DNA of 64,000 nt, from positions 7,417,909 to 7,481,908 of the forward strand of contig CM074804.1 in the NCBI GenBank assembly GCA_037447605.1. Direction: 5' to 3'. The notes beneath the pieces were generated by a model. That model had not been told where the DNA came from. It worked only from the letters and a program-made list of their open reading frames with translations, and did not search any database. Both the position numbers and the translations under genes were made by a program. Shown here piece by piece: positions 1 to 12,197 of this stretch. Positions within the stretch are counted from its first letter, which is position 1. The number at the start of each line of letters is the position of its first letter. The DNA comes from Zygnema circumcarinatum SAG 698-1b. Lineage: Eukaryota; Plantae; Zygnematophyceae.

Positions 1-741
1 GCAACCTCTTCAACTCTTATAGATTGGTAAATTTTACCAATCAATTAGAACAACTGTGCATTTGGCAATCACAACATATAGTTGCTTATTCAAAAACCCA
101 ATTGCTCGAAAACTTTGTAGATCCAATCCTAAGCTCTCTATTTCCTTTTCCATCCATCATTAATTACTCCAAGTATCACTTTAGAATCCATCATAGTCTT
201 GAAATTTCCTCACAAAAACTCTATTCCAAATCATAACCTCTGAAATTCTAGGTGTAGTCACAAAAGAAAAACTGAAATAGAAACTAAAATTAGAAATGAA
301 ATGAAAAATGGTCCCACTCCCTTAGGAGTTTTAGGCTGAACAAGACAGCTATAGAAGTGATGCAAACTACTCAAAGAGACCCTCGAAGAGCGGTCAAACT
401 ATCAAACTGTTTGCAGTGAAGAATTCCTTCCAATGAAAAGTCTGTCAACCTCTTTCGAAACTCGTCTTTCTCCCAAACAATTCCTGCCTTCCTATATTCC
501 TGTCTCGTCCGTACGCGTACGGTTTCGTCCGTACAGTCCATATTTACGTGTTTTTACAAAACCAATTTAGGGGACAGTCCCCTATCTTAAGCCGAAATCC
601 CCAATTTGACGAACCCTGCCGATTTGACGATTCCGTACAAGAAATAGAGACAGAAAATACAGTATGTACGGTCAACGGAACGGACATTACAGTACAGTAA
701 CATATCCGTACGGTACGAATATATTCATTCTGCGAATTTTC

Positions 742-2606
742 CACAATTCGGACCAGTGGATCGGCAACCATTGGACAACCATTGGATGGCAATGGTTGGA
801 CGTCTACTGGTTGGCAATCAGTCGACTGGTTGCCAACCAGTGGATGCCACTGGTTGGCAACCAGTCGAATGGTTGCACAGATCGGACCATTAGACAAACC
901 AGTCGACTGGTTGGCAACCAGTCGAATGGTTTCCAACCAGTGGCATCCACTGGTTCCAAACCAGTCGAATGGTTGTTTCAATCCTGCGCCACTGGTTCGC
1001 AACCAGTCGAATGGTTGTTTCGATCCGGCGGCACTGGTTGCCAACCATTCGACTGGTTGCCAACCAGTGGCATCCACTGGTTCCAAACCAGTCGAATGGT
1101 TGCCAACCAGTGGCATCCACTGGTTCCAAACCAGTCGAATGGTTGCCAACCAGTGGCATCCACTGGTTCCAAACCAGTCGAATGGTTGCACAGATCGGAC
1201 CATTAGACAAACCAGTCGACTGGTTGGCAACCAGTCGAATGGTTGCCAACCATTCGACTGGTTGCCAACCATTGGATCACTGGTTCCGAACCAGTCGAAT
1301 GGTTGCACAGATCGGACCATTAGACAAACCAGTCGACTGGTTGGCAACCAGTCGAATGGTTGCACAGATCGGACCATTAGACAAACCAGTCGACTGGTTG
1401 CCAACCATTGGATCACTGGTTCGAACCAGTCGAATGGTTATATCCATTAAATCAAATGGTTGGCAACCATTCGACTGGTTGCCAACCAGTGGCATCCACT
1501 GGTTGGCAACCATTCGACTGGTTGCCAACCATTCGACTGGTTGCCAACCATTCGACTGGTTGCCAACCAGTCGACTGGTTGGCAACCATTCGACTGGTTG
1601 CCAACCAGTGGATGCCACTGGTTGGCAACCAGTCGAATGGTTGCACAGATCGGACCATTAGACAAACCAGTCGACTGGTTGGCAACCAGTGGTTGCGGAC
1701 CGAAACAACCATTCGACAGGTTACCAACCACTGGATGCCACTGGTTGGCAACCATTCGACTGGTTTGGAACCAGTGGATGCCAGTGGTTGGCAACTGATT
1801 GCCAACCAGTAGACGTCCAACCATTGCCATCCAATGGTTGTCCAATGGTTGCCGATCCACTGGTCCGAACTGTGAATGGTTGTTTCGGTCTGCAACCACT
1901 GGTTGGCAACCAGTCGAATGGTTGTTTCGATCTGGCGGCACTGGTTGGCAACCAGTCGAATGGTTATATCCATTAAATCAAATGGTTGGCAACCATTAAA
2001 TCACTAGTTGTAGCGAACTGAACGCTACAGTTACCAAAATGCCGTCGGCGTTTCGGAGAAAACTATTACGGTTCGGCCGTACAGAATAACCGTACACCCG
2101 TACGATTTGACTGTACGAATCCGTACGCATCTTTACGCATCAGGCTTGTTACACTAGTTGTCAACGGTTGGCAACCAACCAAAAAACACAAACGACCCAT
2201 TTTTGCAAAAAGGCATAATTTCAGAAATACAATGGTTGCCAACCATTGGATCACTGGTTCCGAACCAGTCGAATGGTTGTTTCAATCCTGCGCCACTGGT
2301 TCGCAACCAGTCGAATGGTTGTTTCGATCCGGCGGCACTGGTTGCCAACCATTCGACTGGTTGCCAACCAGTGGCATCCACTGGTTCCAAACCAGTCGAA
2401 TGGTTGCCAACCAGTGGCATCCACTGGTTCCAAACCAGTCGAATGGTTGCCAACCAGTGGCATCCACTGGTTCCAAACCAGTCGAATGGTTTCCAACCAG
2501 TGGCATCCACTGGTTGGCAACCAGTCGAATGGTTGTTTCGGTCCGCAACCACTGGTTGCCAACCAGTCGACTGGTTTGTCTAATGGTCCGATCTGTGGAA
2601 TTTTCC
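742..2606. repeat. Palindromic hairpin-module array (AACCA-core-TGGTT) with foldback-like inverted arms; probable non-autonomous DNA transposon derivative
   Basis: Tandem modules such as AACCAGTCGAATGGTT, AACCAGTCGACTGGTT and AACCAGTGGCATCCACTGGTT joined by short linkers. 742-822 is the reverse complement of 1794-1874 (80/81 by hand). 43-bp period at 1064/1107/1150 and 57-bp period at 1291/1348. The array is interrupted at ~2008-2230. Confidence 0.9.
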
Positions 2607-2718
2607 AACGCAGGGTTACAGAACTGGCCGCACATAGGAACCCTGTTTGATACGATATCCGTTATTTACGATATTGTATCGAGTATCGTCCGCGCCCTGG
2701 CGGAGGGCGTTGTTGGAC

Positions 2719-2866
2719 CTTAGGCGTAGCTTATTTCTTTTGTGCTTAGGTCCTTGGCGACCAGTTTAGTTCCTCGTGGTTCCCCATGCTGGTTTTGTCC
2801 ATGTAACATTTGATGGCATCATCGCCATCGTGAGATCAAAGCCACTTCCCACTTGTTCCCTTTACA
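2719..2866 (-). mobile_element. Copy 1 of a ~130-bp dispersed repeat (core GTGGCATTGATCTCACGATGGCG..GCCATCAAA..TACATGGAC)
   Basis: Reverse complement aligns by eye with 12198-12340 and 57785-57907 across the core and the GGAACC..GAGGAACT..AAGGACCTAAG..AAGCTA tail. Confidence 0.8.
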
Positions 2867-2867
2867 G

Positions 2868-3379
2868 GTCTTGAAGACTTCAAGGTTCGGGGAACGAATG
2901 CATCTCCCTTCTTTGTCGCCACACATTACACTGAGCTTGCGGAGACAAAGAGGAGCGTATTGGTTCGTGGAGATGTGGTTCTTCCCAGCCAGCTTGCAGA
3001 CGATGAGGTATGGAGCGCAGCCTGTAGCAGTAGCATAGCCTGTAGCAGTAGCACAGCCTGCTCGCCGCTGTCACTGACCGGCCCTCCATCTCCTACTAAG
3101 TGATGTACCAGCGCTGAGTGACCTGTCCACAAAATTCGTAATTATACTTACTTATTCGTACTTCGTATTTGTACTTTTTTTTTTTTTTTTTTTTGGTTGG
3201 CGGCTATTTGTATTTCTTACTGGACGCTTTTGCCATTGCAGGCTCCGGGCCTTCTCCAGATTGCCCACGCCTTTTACCATGAAGACAGGAAGTTCCGCCT
3301 GGTTCAAGACTTCAACAAGGGTTCTGAGTATTTCGATTTCAACGCAGTCCTCAGAGAAGTTGGCATCGCGAGTGGTTAA
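2868..3379 (+). CDS. ATP11: ATP synthase mitochondrial F1 complex assembly factor 1 (ATP11), last two exons (2868-3007, 3242-3379); upstream exons not found in the window
   Basis: Spliced translation GLEDFKVRGTNASPFFVATHYTELAETKRSVLVRGDVVLPSQLADDE/APGLLQIAHAFYHEDRKFRLVQDFNKGSEYFDFNAVLREVGIASG* resembles the plant ATP11 C-terminus as recalled (GLEDYK.RG...YTEL.ETK..V..RGDVV). AG/GT sites are in frame. Confidence 0.8.
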
Positions 3380-3985
3380 GATTTGAAGAGCTGGCAGCTC
3401 TCATTCTCAAGTTCCTGAGGGTTAACCGTTTGCACTGGAGTGAGCCCATTGTCACGCCCCGCATAGGACCCTTTGAACAGTTCTTGCAAAGGAAGGGCGC
3501 GCTTTCCTTTCGACGACCTTGCGATTGCTTTCCGCGTGAGTGAGCCATCGAAGCAAAAAAGAAAAAAGAAAGGAGAAAGAAATCAACGGTGGCTTCAAAA
3601 TGTTGTATAGGTTTTGAAAATAATATATAGGCTCGGATATTGGCTCTCTAAAGAACAAGTAATACTCGTTCAGCCTACTCATAGAATTGCTAAACCATAA
3701 CTTTTCCCTACAAACGAGCAAGCTTCAAGCATAAATACTATTTTGTAGTTTTTATAACCTATCTTTCAGACGAAAAAAAACGACATACCCCTCTCCGACA
3801 AAATTATACCCCTTGAACAAGTTGACAGGGCAGCTCCACCCTCTGCTTTTTCTTACCTCCAGGGTTCCTTAGGGTGGAAGCACTAAGAGACGGGGGAGGC
3901 TATCTTAACTTAGCCTCCCCCGCGGTACAAGGCTACTAAATACCGCGAGTAAAAAAGGTAAACCAAATAAATAGACAAAAATGGT

Positions 3986-6900
3986 CTAGCCCGTGTTCCG
4001 CATGCCGGCGGAGATTCCATTGATGGTGATGAGCAGGGCGTCTCGCAGACGCGGATTGTTTTCGTCCTGGCGAAGGCGACGGAGAACTTCGACCTGAGGG
4101 GAGGAAGAACCACATGGAAGAGAGATGAATGGGTCGCATTGCTCAAACCTCTCCAGGCAGGGGACAGAATGGGAAGGTATCTAGGACTTAGCAATCTTCC
4201 CAGGTTTCACTTTGGGGCCACCGCTCACTTGATGCAGGATGCGAGCGAGACAAGGTATGGCTTCAAAGCTGAGCCCTGCAGCAGCTACTTGAGCAGATAG
4301 CTACTTTATGATGAGTAGGCTTAGGGTCATTTTGGGATTGTCAAGTGAACATTCAATTGTCCACACACCTGCAGCATGTTCAACGGGTTGAGGTACGGCA
4401 GCCGGCTCTCTATCAGACGCCGTAGTGTCTTATTGTTTTCTGACAGCCGCTGGTGACAGCTCACCTGCACAACTCATACAAAGTTGAGTGGAAAAACTTT
4501 GCATCATTTGAAATGAAATCTAATCATCACTATTGTGGGTCTGAAGTCTTTTGAAAAAAAATCAGAATCGATACCTCTCGGATCGCCTCCACTGTCTGCT
4601 GAAACGCTGCACGGAGTTCCACCCCAAGAGGCCGCCTCTCTGGCGAAACAAGAACTTCATCGTAGTGTTGTGCTATGGGTATGTCGCATTTGGCGACAAT
4701 CATCTCTATGAGGTCGAGGGTGGACTGGAAAAATGGCCATTCACGGTACATCATTTGCAGCTCCTCCTTATGCCCCTTTGCGATTGCTGCCTGAAGACCA
4801 ACGCCCACTCCGAGCCATGCCGGCAGCACAAACCTGCACTCTCTCCCACAGTGGAAGGAAAGGGGCCCTTGAAAAGAGGGGCAGAAACAGCGGAAAGGGA
4901 GCCTGCTCTCTGTTGTGATCACTTTCAAATACGGTAGATGGGGGGCAACGAACCTGGTCTGCATCCATGCGAAGATCCATGGAATGGCTCGGAGCTGGGA
5001 GACGCCGCCTGCCTTCTTACGACGTGATGGCCTGCTACCGATGTTCAGATTGCCGAGCTCAGCTTCCGGAGTTGCCTCATGGAAGTACTGAGAGGTGAGG
5101 GGTAGGAAACAGGTGGAGGATCAATTAGAAAGAGGCTCATCTCGTTCTGAACAGAAGTCCAAGGCTTTTTCTCTTTCTGTCGGACTTTCTCAGGTGAAAG
5201 AAACGATGACGAATGCACGAGACATTACAGAGGTGGAGATTAGGATAACTGAAAGCACTCGGACAGAAGAGAAAGTGAAGAGGGGGGAAAGAGTGCAAGC
5301 CGGAGAAGGGAGCCCTCACAGAGAGGAACTGCTCGTTCTCATACACAACGCTGCGGTACGCCTGAGTTGAAGCCTCGCTGATTTCGTCCATCAGCCCTTT
5401 CCACGTGTCATGTCGAGGAGCATCTGGGGGGTGTAGTGTCGCCAGCAGAACAGCAGTGGTGTATATTTCAAGCTGCCGTACAGCAACCTGCAAGGTGACT
5501 CCACGGACGATGATAAGGGCCTACTAATTTACAATTCCTGTTGAACAAAAGGGGTGCAGAAGGCAGGCAAGAAAGCACCTGCGGTAGCCCAAACTTGGCT
5601 TGGACCATCTCTCCCTGCTCAGTAACGCGGATGGAGCCCTGTACGGAGCCCGGTGGTTGGCTCTGAATGGCCAAATACATGGGCCCTCCTCCACGGCCCA
5701 CACTCCCCCCTCTCCCATGGAACAATGTGACCTTGATATCAAATTCTTTACATGTTGCCACTATGTCTTCCTGAGCTCTGTACAGCTCCCAGGCAGCAGC
5801 AAACCGGCCAGCATCTTTTCCAGAGTCGGAATACCCCAGCATCACCTGTCGTCCCCCCAAGAGGAGCACAGATTAGAGGTTTATTACAGACGAAGCTCTT
5901 GCATATCTTCATCGAGATTGCTGCTATTTTTGTTCTGTCAGAGAAGGTTATGTGAGGTTTCACCTCCTGATGGCCGCTGTGATTAGTCTGCAGGTGAGCT
6001 CGATACCAATCGATGGACAGAAGCTGCCGGAGAACTTTTCCGGCTGCCCGCAGATCCTTCACTGTCTCAAATAAGGGGACAACTCGCAACCTGCCACTCC
6101 AAAAAACACGGACTATTCTGGGATAAGCACAGCAGCCTATCCTTCAAACAAAGTAAAGAATTTACCCCTCCTCCCCCTTTCCCCCCCCTTCCCCCCCCCA
6201 AAAAAATACACTATGAAGTCCTAACTACTCTATGAAATCCTAATTTTGAAATAAAAAAACTCACGTGGAGGCTTGAACAGGGCGGCCAGCATCTCCTGAA
6301 AGCATCAGCCGAGCCTCCCGCTGAAGCAGCTCCACTGCGAGCACATCCGAAGCCTGTTTTCCCCCTCTTTGACATGCTTCAATACACAGAAAGCGATTTG
6401 ACGAGAGCAGCAACAAATGATCCTTATGAAAGGAGGCTTACCGATCCGGCCATAGATATGACATAGGCTCCAAGAGAGGTGGTCCCCAATTCAGCAGCCA
6501 CTCGGAATGTGCTGAGCACTTCCTTCACTGCAGAGGCCACTTCCATTCCAGGGGGGATGAGAGGTCTCTTCCCAGAAAGTTCCTTTACCAAAAACTCAAT
6601 CTTTGTGTCTTCGTCCCATTTGCTATACGATCCCAGACCCAAAAACGTTGTTACCACATCAAGTGTCTCCGTGTGCCGTTCACTTTCCTGAAATCATCCC
6701 CACCCCCCCCCCCCACCTTCACATTTTTTTAAGTACGCATTGAAGACATGCTGCTGGTTATTCTATCGCGTTTAAGCTCAGAAAGGCGAAGATTATCAAG
6801 GATGGCATTCCTATCACCTGCCGCAGATCGAGCTTCATGAGAGTAAGGCCAAAGGTGGAAAGTCGGCGGATGAGGTCCATAAGGCGGCCGTCTGCAAGGA

Positions 6901-9900
6901 CGGCGGAGCCGCAACTGGAGAGAGAGCGGTAGCAGAGTTCAAGGGGGACCATCAACTGTTCAGTTGTGGAATAGTACTCATCCGCTTCATAGTCGCTGCC
7001 ATTCCCTCCATCCAGGAGCTCCTCCATGCGCCGTCGTGTGCTTACGAGCTGAAAGAAGGAAGAAAGAAGCACGTTAAATAGGAAAGAGAGAAGGAAAGAA
7101 ACGGAGAACTCTAAAAAAGGATCTGGTTGTCCAAAAGAAGTATACCTTTTGGCGCACGTGGTTCAGCAGCACTCGATAGGGTGCAACATCGGGCCTATCT
7201 TTCTGGCTAGGATTCATCAGCTTATCGACACCTGTAGTGTTTCCTTTGGACAAACTGCCATCCGAGCCGCGTCTCTTCAGACTGACTGGGGGAGGTGGGG
7301 CAGCAGATCCCTTGGGGGGATTGGGAGGCAGCTGCTGAGAGGCTCCCCCATTCACTATGGGATTGCCACCAGCAGCTCCGCCTGAGAGAGCAAAAGCAGC
7401 AGCCGCCAACTTTGTGGGAGTGGGAGGGAGACTGTCACGCTTGAAGGGGTTCACTCCAGAAGTACTAATTTGAAGATTGGCAAAACGTGGGGTACTCGTT
7501 CCAGAAACTGACGGGGATGATCCTCGAGAAGGAGCAGAAGAAGTGGGCTGTGGAAAGCACAGAAGAGAAGAAAAGAATAGGTGACATTTCATCAGTAGCA
7601 GGAAGTTCATCTAAAAAGACAAAGTGCTGGGAAAACTACAGAACTAGGATCGATTTCTGCTGCAACACTCTCAGAACAGCCCTTACCGCCTGGTAGGATG
7701 CCTGCATGTCGATATCGTTAACGGGCAGGTCCAAAATTTTGGGCATATCGCTCTCTTCTTCCAAGGAGGATATGGCGGGCAGGTCAGCGCCGGGGGGGAG
7801 CTGAGTTGGCAGAGCAGGAATGTGACCGCTGATGTTGGCGTACTCATCCATCCGCTGCAGGCGACTGCCACCCAGACGCTCCTCATCCAGCTTTTCTGTG
7901 CCACCCCACGAAGGCAGTGAGTGTGTGTGAGAGAGTGAGAGAGAGTGAGAGAGAGAGCATGGGAACATGAGAGGTAGCACAAGAGGAAGCCCTTCAAGTA
8001 AGCCCTTCCTTCTACAGAACAAAACATGAAAGGACAATTGATTATACAGAAAACGGATGTGCGCAAGGATCAACGCACCGGAAACGAAAGGTGCTTTCAT
8101 ACCTTTGGCCATAATCTCTGCCACGTAACGATTCATTTCTTCACTGCAAGTGCTCATAGAAAGTTCAAAGCGCAGACTGTCCACCTCCCGCAAGTAGAGA
8201 TCAGCGGCAATCCACTGCGCGAGGTAACACACATCGCATGTGACCTGCAGACGATGGAACAAAAAACAGACAATTCCCTTTGGCGTTACATCAAATCCTG
8301 AATTTTTTAGCCCTGGACATGTTATATGAAGCATCACTAGAACTGACCACCGGGGAGGAAGGGGAGAGAGATAGATAGAAAGAGGAAAAGGGAGCGAGAG
8401 AGTGAGGACGAAAGAGAGAGAGAGAGTTGAGTGAGACCCTCACTTTGGCTGTGACGTTAGGGTTTCCATCGCGATCTCCACCCATCCATGAGCCAAAACG
8501 CAGTGGAGTCGCTTTGAGAGGAAGGGGCCGCCCAGTGAACTGGCCCCATGATTCATTTCACCCCCAAAAAGGTAATAAGCTATCAATTTCCCTCTGACAC
8601 TATTCACAGTCTCTCTCTCTCGCTCTCCACCTCTCTCTATACACAGACTCCTTTCCGAACCCCAATACTGCTATTCTAAAAGATTCCGACAATGCACATT
8701 GATGTGCAGTGAGAATAATAACCTATTCCTCCACTGAACCTCACGCTTTGTTAATTTAATTCTGGGTATTTCTTTCTCCCGACGGGCCTCCAGAAATGCG
8801 CAATTTAGCTACTAAATGAAGTCACGGATTTCTGTGCGAAAAGATAAGTTGTACCTTTTTGAGTGAGTTGCTGACACGTCGAAGATAATGAGGTACCGCT
8901 CGCCATAGAGACTGCTCCACAATGTGAAGACCTGTGTCCCCCACAGTTTATATGAGCAAATCCGTATTAAAAGATTGTATTCGTTGAATGGAATGCTAAG
9001 TTGGACTCTGGCTGAACCCGAAATGGCTTTCAGGAAAAGGCTAAACTAGGTAACTAGGAAGAAGGGGAGGAAAAAACCTCCTCTAGCTTCATCAACAGGT
9101 GTCGGCTTTTTGCGGCGCAGCTCATCTGTCTGCCATAAAGAAGTAATCTCCCGAACCTTCGAATACAGAGAAGAAAAGGAAAGCAAGAAAGGATAAAGGG
9201 TTCAGCATTACTTAAACATTAATTATACTAATAAACATTCAAACAATGAGATTATCAGCTTGTTTATGACTACATAGACACTCTTGTCCAATCAACCATA
9301 GGGTAATAGTATTTCTGGCAGGAACGTGGGACTTACACGTCTTGAATAGTGGGAAACCAGAGAATAAGATGCGGGTGGTTGGGTTTACAGCTCAGAGATG
9401 CTTACAAGGTCCTCGATCAGAAATTCACGATCTTCGTGTGTAAGATCGCTCCGGTCGTTCCGCTCCAATAGATGCTGCTCCATAATTTGAATCATTGTCA
9501 GGAAACCGAAATCCTGACGCAACTTCATTTTTTTTTTTTTTAAATTCTGGCACAATTAACAACTGTCTTCTATGAATGACCTGTTATGCTAAATGAAGAC
9601 CAACATCAACGGAAATATTTGAGTTCTGCAACTTACAGCGATGCGAATGTGCTTGTACTGCAGAGTTCGCCGGTTGACTTGTGTTGGATGTGCTGTTAGA
9701 ACTATCTCTATTTCCTGCATAAGCCATAGACGCAGTTTGCCTTCCGCTATAACTTTTCTTATGCCAACGGACGAAAGCGTGACGTTTTGTCACGCCGCTG
9801 CCACTTAAGTGAACATCCGTGTCTCCCAATCCCGTCCAACATTTCCTCCATTAGCATAGGATGAGGTCACTGTTTCACAGAGGAAGGGAGCCAAGTGTTC

Positions 9901-11587
9901 ACACCTGGTTACAGACAGCATTGTAGACCTCGTCAGTGGATAATCCACTTTGAATGAGGCGATTGAGCACATCATCACATGATTTGGACAACACGCCTGG
10001 AACCCGCGTTCGCCTCATCCTGCATCACGACATGGCCAGCTGCAGCTGAAGGACATCTGCTTATCTGTCCACCACATGTGCTTGCCCCATGCATGCATGA
10101 ACATGCAAGCGATTCGAACGTGCTTGGCAGACGCGTCCATCAAAGCAGGGACACTGTTTCACCTGTGATGTGTCTCCGCAATGCCCATGAGGTTGAGGTA
10201 GTGAGCAAACGCCCTCGCCAGAGGAACGAGCTCGTCTATGGTGAGGTTTCGGAGTTCGCGGGTGAGCTGCTGGGTGAGCCATTCAGCTGCATCATCAACT
10301 TGAATAGACCTCATGTTCACCACACTCTGCAAAACAAGTGCGTATACAGGAGAGGATATGGAAGACAAAGAGAGGAGAGATGAGGAGGAGGATACAGCTT
10401 GCAAATGATAGGGTGTATTGTAAAAGGTCGAAAGTCAGAATTAAGTTGATTGAGCCCCGGGAGAGGATGCAACACTTGACGAAATGACACTTAAATTACA
10501 ACTCGGGAAAGAATCCCACATTTGAGTGTGCGTGTGTGTGTGTGAGAGAGAGAGGGGAGAGAAAGAGAGAGAGTAAGAGAGAACGAGAGAGAAAGAGAGA
10601 GAGAGAGAGTAGGAGGGGTCTAGCAATATTTTTAAGCAAGTAAAGGCCTAAAACGACAGGAAAAGGGAATGGGAGTTCGTGCAAGAAAGCCATCCGAATC
10701 ACAATCCTAATTCCTTTAATTGCTATGCAAATTCTCGAATCAAAAGCAAACGCTTCCAATGGCGACAAACGTCCGTGGATATCTGCAATTACTTGACGAG
10801 CTGTTGTTAGGATGAAACCTGAAGAAATCACTGAACCTGAACCTGAACCTCCGAGAAAGTCATAGCCTTTAGAACAACTTGGTTAAAAAAAAGTCGCCTT
10901 TGGGTTTAACACATACGCTCAGTATGATGAAGTTGTTTACCCCTTTCTATCCAGAGAGATATCAAGAGACTGCATGAGCATTACTCGAAAAGGAAAGCGC
11001 CTCCATTGAGCTCTCTCGATGGACAGGGACGAAAGATCAGGTAAAAAACGAACAACAGAAGTAAACAACCAACAAAGTAAAAAAGAGAAAGGTAGTTTTT
11101 GGCGATATTTGACTGTTGCGGAGGCAAAGCAGCAATGGAGCTCCCCTCATTCATTATCAGCGGACATTTTCGGGCACTGAGACAGCAGCAGATCCATTCC
11201 CCTTCCTACTCCTCTTCCTCTCCTACTTACGTTCCTTACCTCCCTTTCCAACTCTTCTCCACCTTCTCCTCCCACTGCCTTAAAAGCTTCTCCCTTCCTC
11301 CCCCCACTCTCCGCCCCTTCTCATGTCTTCTCTTCCTTTACTCTATCCCCCGCCTCCCCAGCTCCCTTCTCCCTCCCTCTCCCTCACACTATATTTCCCC
11401 GAACTTGCCAAAATCCTAGCCTCTCCCTCACCTGCGCCAGCAGCCGCACCCGCTCCACCTTAGCCACAAACTCCTCTCCCACCTCCCGCTTCAAGCAGTC
11501 GTCGAACAGCGATCCCAGCAGCCTGCAGTCGTCATCAAACGCCTGGAAGGACAGGTCCTCCGTGATGTCATCCGTGGTGTCCGTCAT
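3986..11587 (-). CDS. PPC4: Phosphoenolpyruvate carboxylase, bacterial-type plant isoform (BTPC/PPC4-like), roughly 20 exons
   Basis: N-terminus [25 protein letters not shown]. Motifs [37 protein letters not shown] and [15 protein letters not shown]-terminus [16 protein letters not shown] (stop 3986-3988). No N-terminal SIDAQ phospho-motif. Long Ser/Pro-rich insertion at ~7150-7900. Confidence 0.96.
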
Positions 11588-12197
11588 GACTGCAAACCTC
11601 TCGCCCTAAACCCTTGCAATGCCTGCCCTCACCCTCGTCCAAGCCCCTCCCTCTGCAGCCTCTCCTGCGTCTCCTCCCTCCCTCCCTCCCTCCTTGGACG
11701 ACGAATCTCCTGCCAGGAAGCGCCTCCTAGTAAACTGGGGGGGCGTCCGTATGATGACGTGGAGTCAGACGTGGAATATCACGTGCAAGGCCGTGTTCTC
11801 ATTGGCCGAAAAAATTGACGTGAATGCTCTCTGATTGGTCCAATTCTGGACACGGACCGACCAATCTCAGGAGGGGGAGGGGATCCGCGCGTGCCACACT
11901 GGCCGATAGATCTGTCCGCTTCCTTTTTTTGAGATCGCATCGGACGGCTCAGAATGGTCTGTATTACACGTGGCGGATGGGCATTCGCTGAGAATTTGGT
12001 GCCCGGCGGGTCGGCCCGAGTTTCGGACGTTTCCTCGTGATCGTACGTCGCCTTCGAGACATTTGTGACCCTTTCACACAAGCCCCCTTTTTTTCGTCGT
12101 TGCCCATGTCCAGTTGGTGGCATGACAGCCATGCCAAACATTCAGTCACCAATCACAATGATTTTGGGCAATTGTTCACCTTTTCAACCTTTGTTCA

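Noticed and set aside
742-2606. CRISPR array interpretation of the hairpin repeats
   Set aside because: No unique spacers (cores come from a few reused words), mixed orientation, no cas genes and a eukaryotic context.
544-2723. Many overlapping ORFs with QPVEWL/NQSNG/TSRMV repeats
   Set aside because: They are open in several frames on both strands only because the palindromic repeat lacks stops; there is no start context or frame preference.
3019-3060. 18-bp tandem duplication (AGCCTGTAGCAGTAGCA) in the ATP11 intron
   Set aside because: About 2.3 copies; ordinary slippage.
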